Positions 33,701 through 46,750 of a stretch of DNA of 64,000 nucleotides are shown in pieces. Source of the DNA: Dimorphilus gyrociliatus (Eukaryota > Animalia > Annelida); NCBI GenBank assembly GCA_904063045.1, contig CAJFCJ010000020.1, forward strand, positions 1,744,034 to 1,808,033. The letters are read 5' to 3'. The number at the start of each line of letters is the position of its first letter. The stretch's first letter is position 1. Under the pieces are notes generated by a model. It did no database searches. It was given only the letters and a program-made list of their open reading frames with translations, and was not told where the DNA came from. A program made the position numbers and the translations under genes.

Positions 33701-36700
33701 GTTTTAAAAGAGCTAGTTATGATTTTGTTTCCTCCTGCAACATTATCAGTTATAAAGAGACCATCTTGCATTGCTGCTTTGTTTAAAGTTATGGTTGTTC
33801 TCGTACTGCCAATATATCTTAGCGAATTTTTAATGCTAATATCAGCATCAGCCCTATTACCGCTACATGTGACAGTTACAACTGCATTTCCGCAATTGTT
33901 ATCGGCATTACATAAACCTTGTCCTGTCTGGCCTTTTTGGTTGGTATGTAAAGTTCTTATATCCTCGATAATTTTTGATTTTAATCCATTTGTAGCCGTT
34001 GATTGGCAGCTTGTTAGATCGTAGCCCCATGAAGCAGTTAATGTAAACGATTTTACGCCGATTCTACCGCAAGGTGGGAATTTAAATTCATGCCATGGAT
34101 CCTTCAGATTGAAGGTACCGATTGGACCACAAGTGTAGAATATTGGTGAAGGTAAGAGAGGATAATAAGATGCTGAACATGACGGTTGACTGTTGACATA
34201 GAGGTTTTTGTATGTAGTACGAGTTGGTGTAATACCGTTAAGAGGAGCAGAGGGATTGTTACAATCGTCTCTTCTTATGAAAATCTTGAACTTACAGATG
34301 GCTACATTATTCAACTTATCTCTCGCAACATATATAACTTGATAAACTCCAGCAGTGAATACTTGTCCATTTACGTAATTAAATGATTTTTCCGTGTTTT
34401 TATTAAACGTTGGTTCAGTCCAAGTAACACTAATTAGACGAGATGAACCTGTTTTAACAATATTTGATGGACAGCTAACGACATTAGGACCTATTTTATC
34501 ATTATTTTGGCTACAATCGTTTCCTATCTTATCAGAGGGGCAAATCTTTATTTTTCGTACTGATGGAATTATTCTTGTAGCACCACTTTCGGTATTCATC
34601 AAAGACCAATCAAGGGTAATTTCATTTATCAATGATGCTGGATTATCGTTGCCTAATTTTTGAGCTTCATCAATTTCATTCGTACTTAATTCTCTATTCC
34701 AGAATTGTACTAAGCTTACGTAACCTAATAATCCCTCATTTTTAACGGAAGCCTTTTTATTCATATCGTATTTATCTCCTATACGGATTATACCATACTT
34801 CGGTAGTTCGTAATCTGGTTTATAACTTGACAATATGTTTGCCTGAGCTCCATCCACAAACAATTTTGCTACAGCCTTATTTGAATCGAAGGTGATAACT
34901 ACATAATGCCATTGTCCATCGTTAACTCTATGATTAGCACCAAAAGGTAAAAATCTATCACCCCCATCAAAGAATAAGGTTACTCCAGTATGATCAATAT
35001 GAAGTAATTTCTCATCTATTTCCTTAGTTGTTTCTGATTCGGATGAGAAGAGAGTTAAGAACAAACCAGTATCAGCTTGGGATAGATAACGAACGAAAAC
35101 GCCCAAAGACATCATTCGCTTTTCCATTTTAAAGGGAACTGGAGAAACTGCACTACTGTCCTTTGTTGCCCTTAAGAAAGCTATATCAAAGTTTCTATCA
35201 ATTAATTTGCCACAATTTGATCCCACAACACCATTAGTACAACGACAGAAGTATTCATTAACACCATCTATGCATTGACCTCCATTACACTGTACATTCC
35301 TACAATCGTCTATGTTAGTCTCGCAATTTGTCCCCATAAATCCACTAGGACATTCACAATTGTATCCGTTATTTGTTAATGAACATGTTCCTCCATTCTG
35401 ACAAATACTATTTGCTCCACAATAATCTTTTTCTTTTTCGCAACCATCACCAGTAAAAGCTGGGGGACATTTACATACAGCTCGACCATCCTTTATAGAG
35501 CATGTTCCACCATTTAAACAAGGATTTGCATTTTCACATAATTTTGGCCCATCAGAACAGATAGCATTAAAAGTACCTGGTTTACAGGCACAATAGAATG
35601 TATTAAATACGTTGAAGCATTTAGCATCTCGTTTACATGTATCGTCGTTGCAGTTATTTTTCATTTTTTCACAATTTAAACCATCGTAGCCCGAAGGGCA
35701 GTTACACTTATAACCGCTTCCTTCCTTTTCTTCGCATGGGGCATCATTTAGACAAGGATTGCTGTCACATTCTTTTATCTCTTCAGTACAGTTTTTGCCC
35801 TGATATCCACCTCTGCAAACGCATTCATAATCATTTACTGAATTCTTACACTCTTGAGTCCACTCTGCCTTGCAAGGATTTGGTTGACATAAATTTTTCT
35901 GCCTTTCACAGTTGAAACCCTCATATCCGCTTGGGCATTCGCACATGTACCCTCCAGTTTTATCAATACACTTCCCGCCATTAATGCATGGTTCGACATC
36001 GCATTCATTCTGTTCGTGTTGACATTTTGCTCCAAAGAAGCCGGTTGGACAGCCGCAAATGTAGGGAGGGTTTTCTCCCGGTCTGGGTCTACACGTTCCT
36101 CTTTCACATGGATCATCAACACAAGCGTCATCAACAACGCAATCTGATATACCATTTCTAACAGCTAATAGAGAGCATTTGTAACGAACTTCATAGTTGC
36201 TGCAAGTTCTATTGTTCGTTTGATTGGAGTTCAGACAAACAAGACCTCCATCAAGCTCACATGGAACAATTAAAACATCTCCAGTTTCTGACCACGTCTT
36301 CTTTGATTTAGCGTCTCTGCATCTAATTTCAAGAGGTTTTGTTCCCGAGCACACGTTATTAGCTACATAATGTTCGTCATCATCGTCATTGGTGTCGGGT
36401 TTATCTGTATCTTGCCACTCCATCCAGAAATAATCAGATCTGTATCCCTCGCTACATAGACATTTTGTAGCGCTATTCTCGTAATCCTCGATGCATCGTC
36501 CTCTACCACTACAAGAAACCCCATTACATGGATTAGTTTTTCTCTTTTCGCATCGCTCTCCTTCAAAGTAGCGACTATTACAATCGCAGACAAAGCGATT
36601 TAAGAGATTCCTGCAAGTTCCACCGTTCATACATGGGTTTGAAGCGCACTCGTCAACATTGGTTTCACAATCTTTCCCAATAAATCCGTCTACACAGAGA

Positions 36701-39700
36701 CATTTACGGCGGAAACTACTAAGCTTTTCGCATGTTCCTCCATTCTGACAAGGTGAACGGGCACATATATCTTGACTCTGTTCACAAAATTGTCCAGAAA
36801 AGATTGATGTTGTAAGACAGAGACATTTATAATTGCCATCCAAATCTTGACACATGCCACCGTTCGCACATTGATTATTCAAACAATCGTTTGCCTCAAT
36901 TTCACATCTCTTTCCAGAATAAGCGTCAGACTCGGTTTGTTTTTTAATAAATAGTAGACTATTAGGATAAGGTACGAAGGATGTTCCTTCACCTTTAAAT
37001 AAGATACATCTCGAATCTAGAGTCTGATAAAGGGCATTTGTACAAGACGAATCTTCTTTACATGTCTGCATACATCCTTCTCGCGTTGCTCCTTGGTTGC
37101 TAGAATATGCAAGAACATTTCCATCCGAAGGAGCTTGATTTGATTTTTCTTCAAAGCTAATTTTTATTCGTTTCTTACATTCGCATTCAAAATCGTTTAC
37201 CTTATCTGTGCATTTACCATCGTAGAAACAAGGATTTGAAGCACATTCATCAATATTTTGATCGCATAAATCGCCAGTCCAACCAGCCTGACAGTTGCAA
37301 ATAGCTCTGTGATTTTTCACATTACAATTTCCATTCAAGCACGGACTCGGCTGGCATACTCTTGAGGAGATGCAGAGAGATGCATCATCAGCTCCTTCTG
37401 ATGCTGTTGTTTCATCAGATTGACATTCTTTGCATGTTGTACTCCCGTCCAAATTCTGATAGAACCCTTTGGGGCATTTTCGGCATGGAGCTCTTCCAGT
37501 TACAGAAAATTCACCAGGTTTACACCTTGCTCGACATTCTTCCAGACTCTTTGCTCCTGTTCTACCTTCAGTTTCTGTTCCTGTAGGACAAGCTTGACAT
37601 TTCTCAGGACTAATCCAATAAGTATCAACAGGACACTGTCTACACGGAGGCAATTTAGAACTTGATATCATTCCCCTTTCACAAACGGGTTTACAATCAT
37701 CCCGTGATAGAGATCCAGAGTTATAGGTAAAAGTGTTATTTGGACACATTGTGCACTCATCTTTATTTATAGACTCTTGGAAAGTTCCCTTGGGACATTC
37801 CTGGCATTCACCAGCAACAGAATGATACCCAGGAGAACATGGAACTGAAATAGAACAATAATTATAATTCGTAATTGAACTTGCAATTATAATTGTAATG
37901 CTGAATATCAGCTTTATTACTTACTGCATAGGTCTTCTTTAGCTTTACCCACAGGACAAACATATCCATGACTTTCCTGGAATTGACTGAAAAATTAAAT
38001 AGACAACTTAGTTAAATAATATTTTTCCATGAAAAAGAAACAAATACGTACTTTCCCGTCTGAAGCAGTAATCTTAAGCATCCTGATGTTGAGCTGGGAA
38101 CAATTTCAAATAAATGCTCAGCAAAACCTTTTTCTCCCTTGACTAATGTCTGAAGGAAGGCTGTGGTTAGTGACGCGCATCTGTCCTTTCGACTCTTGAC
38201 CGTCTCAAAAGGTGTTATCGACCATGAGAGAGTGACGTAGAAGTTAGAAACTACAGATCTACCCTTTATTGCCTCATCAACCGAATCTGGCATTTTAACA
38301 TTTACAATACTACAATGATCTTGCTCATCGGCTGTTTTCTCAATCAGTGCTTTTTTACTTCTAATCACACTTAAATATTCTGCTGCACAATTTTCGCTTA
38401 TAAGGGAGAATGTAGAAGCTTTGTAAATCAATTGAATTTCTTGAAGATAAGTAGCTTCTTTCGGTTCTATTGTGTATAGAGTATAAGATAAGAATTAAAA
38501 AAAAAGCTAAAAAGGAAAAGTGCTGATGATACTTACTAACGCAATCGGGAACTTCATTTCCAATATCCCAATCATTACCACTTTGACAGGAATAGACGCG
38601 AGTTGTTTTACCATCAGGAAAAACATAACCACTCTCACATGTCATAGTACAAACTGTTCCTCCAGGTGCTATTGCGCAGTTTTTGTTACCATTTTTAGGT
38701 TCTCTTAAAGACCATTCTACGCATTTTCCACTTTCAATTAAGTATTGATATTTACATTCAGCCATATTTTCCGACTCATCCCAAGCTTTTATGGTAACAG
38801 TGAAAACTTTACCAATATTTTTATAATTGACGTCAATTAAGTTTGGCTCCTTAGATTGTTTTACCGCGCCTATGATTGAATTTGCACCTTTTGTAGTCAC
38901 TTGTCTATCTTCATTCTTTGATACGACAGTTTCAGTCTGATGATCTGGGCAACCAGATATGCTGACAACACTTCGTTCTATATTGATATTAAAGAAAAAC
39001 GCCTATTAGAAGGTTTGCCATGAAAGAAAACTCTATTTCACCTCTAATTTTTATTTTAACGTTGCACTCGGCCGCATTTCCTTCGTAATCTTCAGCAACC
39101 CATGTAATGTCGCTGTCCGCTTTAATTGGGGCATTAATATCAATGCTTCCAGCTTTAATGGTAACCGATTTTACTGCTCCAGAGTTATCGGTTACATGAG
39201 GTTTACTCAACGACAAAGTATCCAGTCTATTAATAATTACTATCTTATCATTTACGCAGTCAGTAAATTTAGGCGCTTCTCCATCTTTTTAAAGTAGAAT
39301 ATATTATTAAAATGTCAGCTAAGCTTTACAATATGATACTTACCCTCGCAAACAACACTTGTTGCATCATCCCAGGTTGGTGTACCGCCATTAAATACGC
39401 ATTTCAGTTGGCTTGGCTTTGGATTATAACCGGGTCTGTTACAAGTATACGTAACAACTTGACCCTCTTCGTATGAAACGGAATGTTGAACAGCTTCAGG
39501 AGGAGTTCCAGGATCAGTACAAGTAGGTCCAGAGCACTTTAAATCATTGAGACCCCAATGACCATCCTTTTCACAGGCTACGATATCGTTACCTTTGCTA
39601 CTAGTTCCAGTTTTCTGATAGCCAGCTTTGCAAGCAAACCTAAACTCTTGAAGATATTCTGTATTGGAGGGTTTGGTACCGCTAAATCCAATAAGAACTC

Positions 39701-42700
39701 CAGGATCACCACAATCCAAAATACCGCACTCGAGATCATCACCCACTAGTCTATATGCTTGTTTAGTTTTGTCACCGTTTGCAGTGTCCCATAAACAAGT
39801 TCTGGACTTTTCAATAAACTTGCCCTTCTCTCCCTTTCTTGAAAGATCGCATTTCCAAGTGACTTTCATTCCAAATTCAACAGATGAGCCAGTACTAACT
39901 TCAGATGGTCTATTAATTACCGAAGACGGAATAGAAAGAGAATCACATCTAGCTCTAACGCATGTAGGTGTATTTCCACTCCATTTTCCATCTTCTCCAC
40001 AAGTTCTTTTTGTCCTAATGTTATTACCAGCACCAGACAGTTGATATCCAAGGCTACATTCATACTCTACTTCATCTCCAAAATAGTATCTAGACTTTGT
40101 ATTGAGAATAGCTCCGTTAGCAATAGTGTTGCCAATGTCTTCCTTGCATTCATTAGCTGTAATAAAACCAGAAAATATTAATAAATAGTTTATTTCTAGA
40201 TTAGAAGCATAGAAAAGGAAAGAGAAAAAGACTCACGTATACAAGTATGGTTATAATGATATAGATCGCCGCGTTGAGTACCAGTTTCTGAGGGATGTTT
40301 TGTAAAGCCACTTTGTCCATTTGTTGTAAATAAACTGTAGCCTGACGAGCATGAGCAAGCATAAGAACCTTGTGGATCGTCGGTACATATTTGACTACAT
40401 CCTCCTTTATCACCTATGGCACATTCGTCAATATTAGAGCAAGTTTTGCCATCGTTTGCACTTAGTTTAAAGCCATCTCTGCATTTGCAAATATAAGAAC
40501 CAATTGAATTTTCACATTTATGTTGACATCCATGAGAACCCAAACATTCATTTTTATCTTGACAGTATGGCAGACTTCCAAGAGTTTGATCAGCTTTACA
40601 CGCAAGTGAGGCAGTACCATTAATTTCGAAGCCCTCCTTACAAGTATATGTAATAACGTCCTCGAATTCGATAAATGCTGTTTGTTTATTAGAACTGGCG
40701 TTTGGTATCTGGGTTACAGGACATTTCTTTTCTATAAATAGACAAAAAGAAAATGTTAATATCGCTTATTTAATTTATTAAAAAATTTTCATACTTCTAC
40801 AAGTAGCTAATTCTCCAGACCACTCTCCTCCATTCTTACAATAAATCACATGATTTCCTTTATAGTATTCAAACCCTTCATTGCACTGTGTAGTAAGAAC
40901 TGTACCATATTCGAACCCTTCGCCGTGTACTCTACTCAGAACAGAGTTTGGAGGGGGACCTCTTGGTGGACAATTTTGACCTTTTTTTGAAAATATAAAA
41001 GTATATATAGTATTTATCTTAAAAGTTGGAAATGTCTTTTTTACTTACTTTCACATTTAGGAGAGGAACTCCATTTGCCATCTGCTTGACAATTAACATT
41101 ACCATTTGGCGATATGGAAAAACCGGGAAAACACTTAAATGTTGCTGTTTGTCCTAATACAACTCCAGTTGTTTTCTCTATATATCCATTATTAACATCC
41201 GGTACATGACCACAATAGCGTTTTACACATTGCGGTAAACGATTATAGTTCCATTTACCTCCAATTTCGCATCTTAACTCTACTGCACTCTTTTCAAAGA
41301 ATTCCTCAGCTGAAAAATAATATCCGGCGTTTAAGCAGGATACTGTAAACTTTGAACCAAAGTTTGCTGAATAAGTTCCTGATGTAATAGATGTATCCAC
41401 GTTTCTTTGATAGTCTGGACAATCTACAAAAAAACAGTTTAATTAGGCCTATTCATTTGAGAATAATTAGTAATATTTACCTATAGAATATTTAGCACTA
41501 AAGCCTGTTGACTCTATATTAGCATCACTAGTGAATTTAATTAAGAGCTGTCCATTATTCACTTGTAGTTTAGTTGGAGCATTTAAGCCGGAAAAGCCAC
41601 TGCCTGAATGCACAGGTTGTGTTTGATCGGTAATTCCTCTAAAAATCTACATAAAAACAAACGATTTAAAAATGGAAACAATATACTCTTATTAGAAAGA
41701 TGATTAACCTGTAAGAAGTCTCCAGTTCCCAGACGAAAGTCTGCTGAGGGAAATTTGACTGTTATAGGGCTATCAGTCTTTATTAGCCATTTACAAGTCT
41801 GCAAAGCTGGATAATCTTCAATACCAAAACCTGGGGTTTGTATTGAACCAGATTTTCCGGTCAACTCAACATCACAACCTAGCAAAACAGAAATATTTCC
41901 ATTAACTTTATTCATTTAGATTAAACAACAAAAAAACAGAGAGGAGAACAGTTTTTACCTATCTTATATCTTATTTGAAATCCAACGTTCGTTTTTTCGG
42001 ATTTAGAATCAAGATAAATGTAAGCCGAATTAACAGTTGTAATAATAATTAGATCATTTGCTTTGGATGTGGCATCTAAAGTTGCTAGTACTTTAGAACT
42101 ATCACTGTCTCCATTCTTTACAACGAGTTGATCTTTTTCGCCAAGCTTCACATCAAGAACCTAAATATTGATTTGCAAGGAAATAGAAACATTTATTAAT
42201 ATCATATATATCTTATTATTAAATAAGAGAGCTTATTCGTTTACTTGAATAGTAATTAATGAGAATTGGGAAGCCTTTATTAGCCAATCTATTTTTATGT
42301 TACTAGGATAATTGAGCGGATAAAAAGGTGACATGATATATTGCCATTCGTCAGTCGCCGTGGGAACATCGCCATTACCTCCGGGTAAATACTCAAGGCC
42401 TAAAAAATTGGATAAGTCTGATGTAATTTCTTAGAATTTTAAAGAAATATTATATGAAAATTCAATATCATACTTGTTTGAGTTGTAGGAACGCCAGGAC
42501 AAGTTTTCACCCAAAAAGAGGTTATATCATTAGATTTATTTGGTATAGGCTTAACAATCTTTGAATGTTGAATGCACCGCCCCTTTGTTGTGTAGAATGT
42601 GAACGCATGACAATTAATTTTACTTTCACAGCTAGTAATACAACTATTTTCGTCAGATCCTTCCAAAGTAATTAGGTCTTCGCCAGTTTGCATATAGTTC

Positions 42701-44192
42701 TCCTTTTTTCTCATTTCGCATTTATAAGCTATTTCGTATGGAAAATATTGGAGAAATATTAAGGTATTTACCAATATTATATAGAACAGAAGAAACTGTT
42801 ACATACTTGACGTCCATGTTCCACTGAAACCTTTGTTACCAATTGAACCATCGGTAGAGAATCGAATAATCATGAAATTGTTCTCAGAAATAAAAGTTGG
42901 TACTTGTCCCACACTTTTAACTCCTGATAATGACGCAGCAAACCGTGACTTTTCAAATGTATTACCATTTAACCAAATATCGATGACGTCAAAACCACTT
43001 TCAGTTTGTAAATCGTTAAACTATTAATTAAAAGTTCAATAATTAATTCCAGTGGCTTAACAGCGCGTTATAAGAATGTAAATTTCGTCTATTTTACCTT
43101 AAATTGAACTCTTCTTCCTGGTGGAGCTTCGATTATCCAAATACATTCTTTATACGAAGCATAAGACGTTGGAAAACCTTCGGAAACAATATTACCACTT
43201 TCGGTACCTTTCTTATAAAAGACGCATCTATCGGCTATAAAGAATATAATAAAGATAAATTGATATTCAACAAGAGAATTGATAATTATTTACAGCATTT
43301 TTGATTATCTAACAATTCGTCAGACCTATCGCCACAGTCGTCAAAGCCGTCGCAGAGATATTCATTCTTGATGCATTTACCCGTTTTCTCACAGTAAAAC
43401 TGATCTAGAAAGTATAAATAGTAAATTGGATTGAACTTGTTGTATACAAATGAATTAGATCTTTACCCGAAACACAGGCTGGTTTCATACATATGAATGG
43501 CAGTTTCTCGCCACACCAAGCAAAATTCCAGAAGGGAAATTTGTTTTCATATGTAATTTTTACACATTCTCCCTTATTAATATTCGGTTGACCCGGTCCC
43601 CAATATCCGATAGACGTCTCCGTTTGTTTACCGGATACGTGAAATGCTTTTTTTGGTGTAGACGAGTCGACATTTTGACGGTTGTATCCTATCCAGTAGT
43701 TTACTATATTACTGTCTTTCTTACGAATTAGTTCCGAAATGAACTCGTTCGATGTAGCACCATCAATGGACGTCAAGTGTCCTCCTCCACTTTCGCAGAT
43801 CACCTCCGCCTCGTCGAACGTCAATTTAGTAGTAAACACTTTATAGCAATCTGCACCCCGCTTTTCATAATCTTGAGGGCACGTTAACTTGTCTTTTACT
43901 TCTTTAAGCTCTTCATAATTGAAAGGGAACGCTTGTGACGCCTAAGCATAAAATATTGAAAAAGACACCATAAAAAAGGGAAAATCAGATAGAAAAGAAA
44001 ATTATCAAATAGAGAATTGTGGCAAAAAATATTATCGTGCGTAATAGAAAAAGAAGGGCAGAAAGGGTGGCGTGCCAAAAATACGGAAATCTTCAGTAAT
44101 AACTTTATAACTAGACTAAAATATAACGTCACCTCTTGACATTTAATTGAGGCGTTTAATCCAAACACAAACAATAAACTTATAATCTTCAT
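30761..44192 (-). CDS. uif: Uninflatable/SVEP1-like giant type I membrane protein (CTL, LDLa, CUB x3, PAN, sushi, EGF, HYR, GCC2/3, LamG/pentraxin, WxxW, SEA, TM)
   Basis: Signal peptide exon [20 protein letters not shown] (44192), then C-type lectin (ORF 43405-43839), LDLa, CUB1, PAN, CUB2, CUB3, sushi/EGF and HYR x2. A 6.9-kb exon (37844-30963) encodes the GCC, EGF, LamG, HYR, SEA and TM parts (TM: [27 protein letters not shown]). The last exon 30897-30761 ends ...SSATFFAK*. Domain order resembles Drosophila Uif; orthology is inferred. Confidence 0.85.
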
Positions 44193-44705
44193 CTCTGGTA
44201 TTCCCGCCGAATGAAATTAACAATACGTAACAGCTCGTGTCCTGATCCGACCGGCGGATTCAGCAGAGTCCGAGGGTGTTGGTGAAGGGTGCGGTTATTC
44301 AATACGCTTCTTGTAATGCTTCAATGGCTTTGAATATTCTTAATACGCAGGCTCGTATCTATCTAGCCCGGCACAATATAATGACTAAGCTCTGAACTCT
44401 TCGACTTATGCATATGATATTTAAATAAATGAAAAGGATAGAAGAGTGTTTATACGTGAATGTTTCAATGTTTCCCTCCTTTACATATCTATCATTCATT
44501 TAAAAATATACCCAAGTGGATAGCGTGATAGGAAAAAATAGAAAGTTTGATTGAAATCGATAAATCTTTTGCTGATTTTATGCTTTTATATTCAATTTAT
44601 TAAACATACCTTTAAATCTTTGTATTCATACGTATCTGTTTTAATATACTATTGTATTAGGGGAAGATATGGGTATGGTATATCAATATATGTGTATATA
44701 TAGCT

Positions 44706-44743
44706 TTCTCTTCTCTTCTCTTCTCTTCTCTTCTCTTCTCTTC
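44706..44743. repeat. (TTCTC)n pentanucleotide microsatellite
   Basis: About seven tandem TTCTC units read directly. Confidence 0.9.
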
Positions 44744-44951
44744 CTTTTTTCTCTCCTTCTCTAAATATTTGTATATCTATCTATCTATAAAATCTACTAC
44801 CTATTAAATCTATCTCTTCCCTTTCTGGATATGATAAAAAGGAAAAGAAATTAATAATTTAAAAGGTCGATTATCTATGTTCTTCTGCTAAATTAGGTTT
44901 TAAGGAGAAAAGAGAAGGCAAAGTGGGAGGGATAAAAAATCAATGGAATGA

Positions 44952-45637
44952 CTAACGTTTCGTATAGACACGAATTTCTTTGTAACCATTACTACCGTAT
45001 GTATAAACGGACGACACTGCCAAACTTATCCAGGAAGAATAGACAACTCTCAAATCAAATTCCTGCCAATTATTTCCATCAGTGTCTCCCAGCATATTTT
45101 CAAGAACTACCTGAAGAAATACTTATTCATTTTAAGACGAAAACAAAAAAGAGATATTAGGCCTAATAATATCGAAAAAATTTTTCTCCTTTCAAACCTC
45201 TTGGGTAGACTCATCGCTAAATTCCAATCGTAACTTTTTATTTAGATCGTTCTTCGTTGATCGAGGCATAATACCAAGTTTATATAGAGTATAAACAGTT
45301 TTAAACTGTATTTTTATCCAAGCACCTAAGTTTTGACCATTCGGTACCCAATCTGTTATCAATCTTCCATCTATCGCTTTATCGCAGCCGTAATCAACTT
45401 GATCTATAACAGATGAACAGAAGGCTGTAGCACCATTATCCCCACCAGCAACATTTTCATAAATTTCTATAATAAATGAAAAACAAACGGATATAAACAA
45501 ACTTTTTGCCTTAAATTTAACTGTTTCCTTTATGTTATTTAGAAATAAATGCTTTTGATGAGTAGTAAAATACCGTAAGCGTAAGTTGTACTAGTCATTA
45601 AAGTAAGGTAAAGCACAGGAAGAAGATTAAAGGACAT
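44952..45637 (-). CDS. Small secreted single F5/8 type C (discoidin/galactose-binding-like) domain protein
   Basis: Exon 45637-45574 is a signal peptide (MSFNLLPVLYLTLMTSTTYAY). Exon 45466-45198 reads EIYENVAGGDNGATAFCSS...CDKAIDGRLITDW...GAWIKIQF. Exon 45110-44952 reads VVLENMLGD...WQEFDL...GYKEIRVYTKR*. All phases are compatible. Confidence 0.8.
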
Positions 45638-45887
45638 TATTATCACTTGAAGGGATTGTTCAGCTGTATTCGAAAGTTCTACCCGAGATAAAAAAAAAAT
45701 GGTATACGTTTAGAAAGAAGAAAGACGTGACGTCATCTAATTGGATATAGAATTTCTGTTCCAGTCTTATTCCATATATACTTAGAATGTATAAGGTACA
45801 GCATATTAGATATATTTATACTACGTCACGCAATCGAATTAGTTGCATAGTTTCTATTATTTATTATTGGTGTTTATAGTGACGCCC

Positions 45888-45892
<5 letters not shown>

Positions 45893-45926
<34 letters not shown>
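45893..45926. repeat. (CT)n microsatellite next to a GC-box-like CCCCGCCCC
   Basis: 17 CT units read directly. Confidence 0.9.
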
Positions 45927-45928
<2 letters not shown>

Positions 45929-45990
45929 CCCACCTATTTACCCTCACTTTCATTTACATAGAATAAGGGAAGTCTATTAGTCGGTTTACA

Positions 45991-46599
45991 TCAGGTCACT
46001 GTCCATTTTCCAGTTTCCAATTGAGTGTCAGAATCGGGTTTAGGTAGCTTTCGAGAGCTTTCTATTCCCACTGCATTTGATATTTCTTGGTCAGAATTGG
46101 GTGGACTAGGAAGTGTTACGTCACTCGTTATCAAATCTTCGCAATTAGTTATCTCCTGATACTTTTGAATATCATCAAAGAGTGTAAGCGATACATTGGA
46201 ATTATCTAGATGATTATCTAGAGTCTTTGAACTATTTTTGTATAACCATATTCTACAATCCTTCTTAAAGCGAGTATTTATACCGCAAGAGCGAAACACA
46301 CAAGCAATCTCTTCCGATTCATTTACCCATATCTTTCTTTCATCATCGAAAGTAGATACAAAATAAGGAATAATTGACGAGAGTATATTGTGCAAAGATT
46401 GTTTAGAAAAGGCTCTCGCTAACGATTTTCTATCTATCTTTCTAATTTTCAAATGTAAACTCTTAGCTATTTCAGAATTCTCTTGAAACTCTTTTTCTAA
46501 TTCATCATATCTTTTCCTAGTCATTCCTTCAATGGAGCTTTCTAATATTTTATCATCCCTTAATTCACTGTTGCCATATTTCTCTCTATAACCCTTCAT
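45991..46599 (-). CDS. Intronless 202-aa hypothetical protein
   Basis: A 609-nt open frame with ATG (in-frame TAA just upstream) in AT-rich DNA. I recognise no domain family. Confidence 0.5.
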   Translation of the reverse strand: MKGYREKYGNSELRDDKILESSIEGMTRKRYDELEKEFQENSEIAKSLHLKIRKIDRKSLARAFSKQSLHNILSSIIPYFVSTFDDERKIWVNESEEIACVFRSCGINTRFKKDCRIWLYKNSSKTLDNHLDNSNVSLTLFDDIQKYQEITNCEDLITSDVTLPSPPNSDQEISNAVGIESSRKLPKPDSDTQLETGKWTVT

Positions 46600-46713
46600 A
46601 ATAAATTTGAATATTTAAAAACATGTCTTTTATTTAATTTCAATTTTATTCTGCATATTTTCTTAATAATCTTATATATTGCAAAAGTTTGTCTGTGTTA
46701 AAAGATGGACTAG

Positions 46714-46717
<4 letters not shown>

Positions 46718-46746
<29 letters not shown>
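46718..46746. repeat. (TA)n microsatellite
   Basis: Perfect TA run. Similar imperfect runs lie near 15600, 20355, 50875-50930 and 53965-54000. Confidence 0.9.

Positions 46747-46750
<4 letters not shown>

Noticed and set aside
31529-37665. Many plus-strand and off-frame ORFs over the uif giant exon
   Set aside because: They are antisense or shifted shadows of a long coding exon with no recognisable domains. The same applies to the shadow ORFs over piwi, SLCO, APBA, eEF2 and the collagen.
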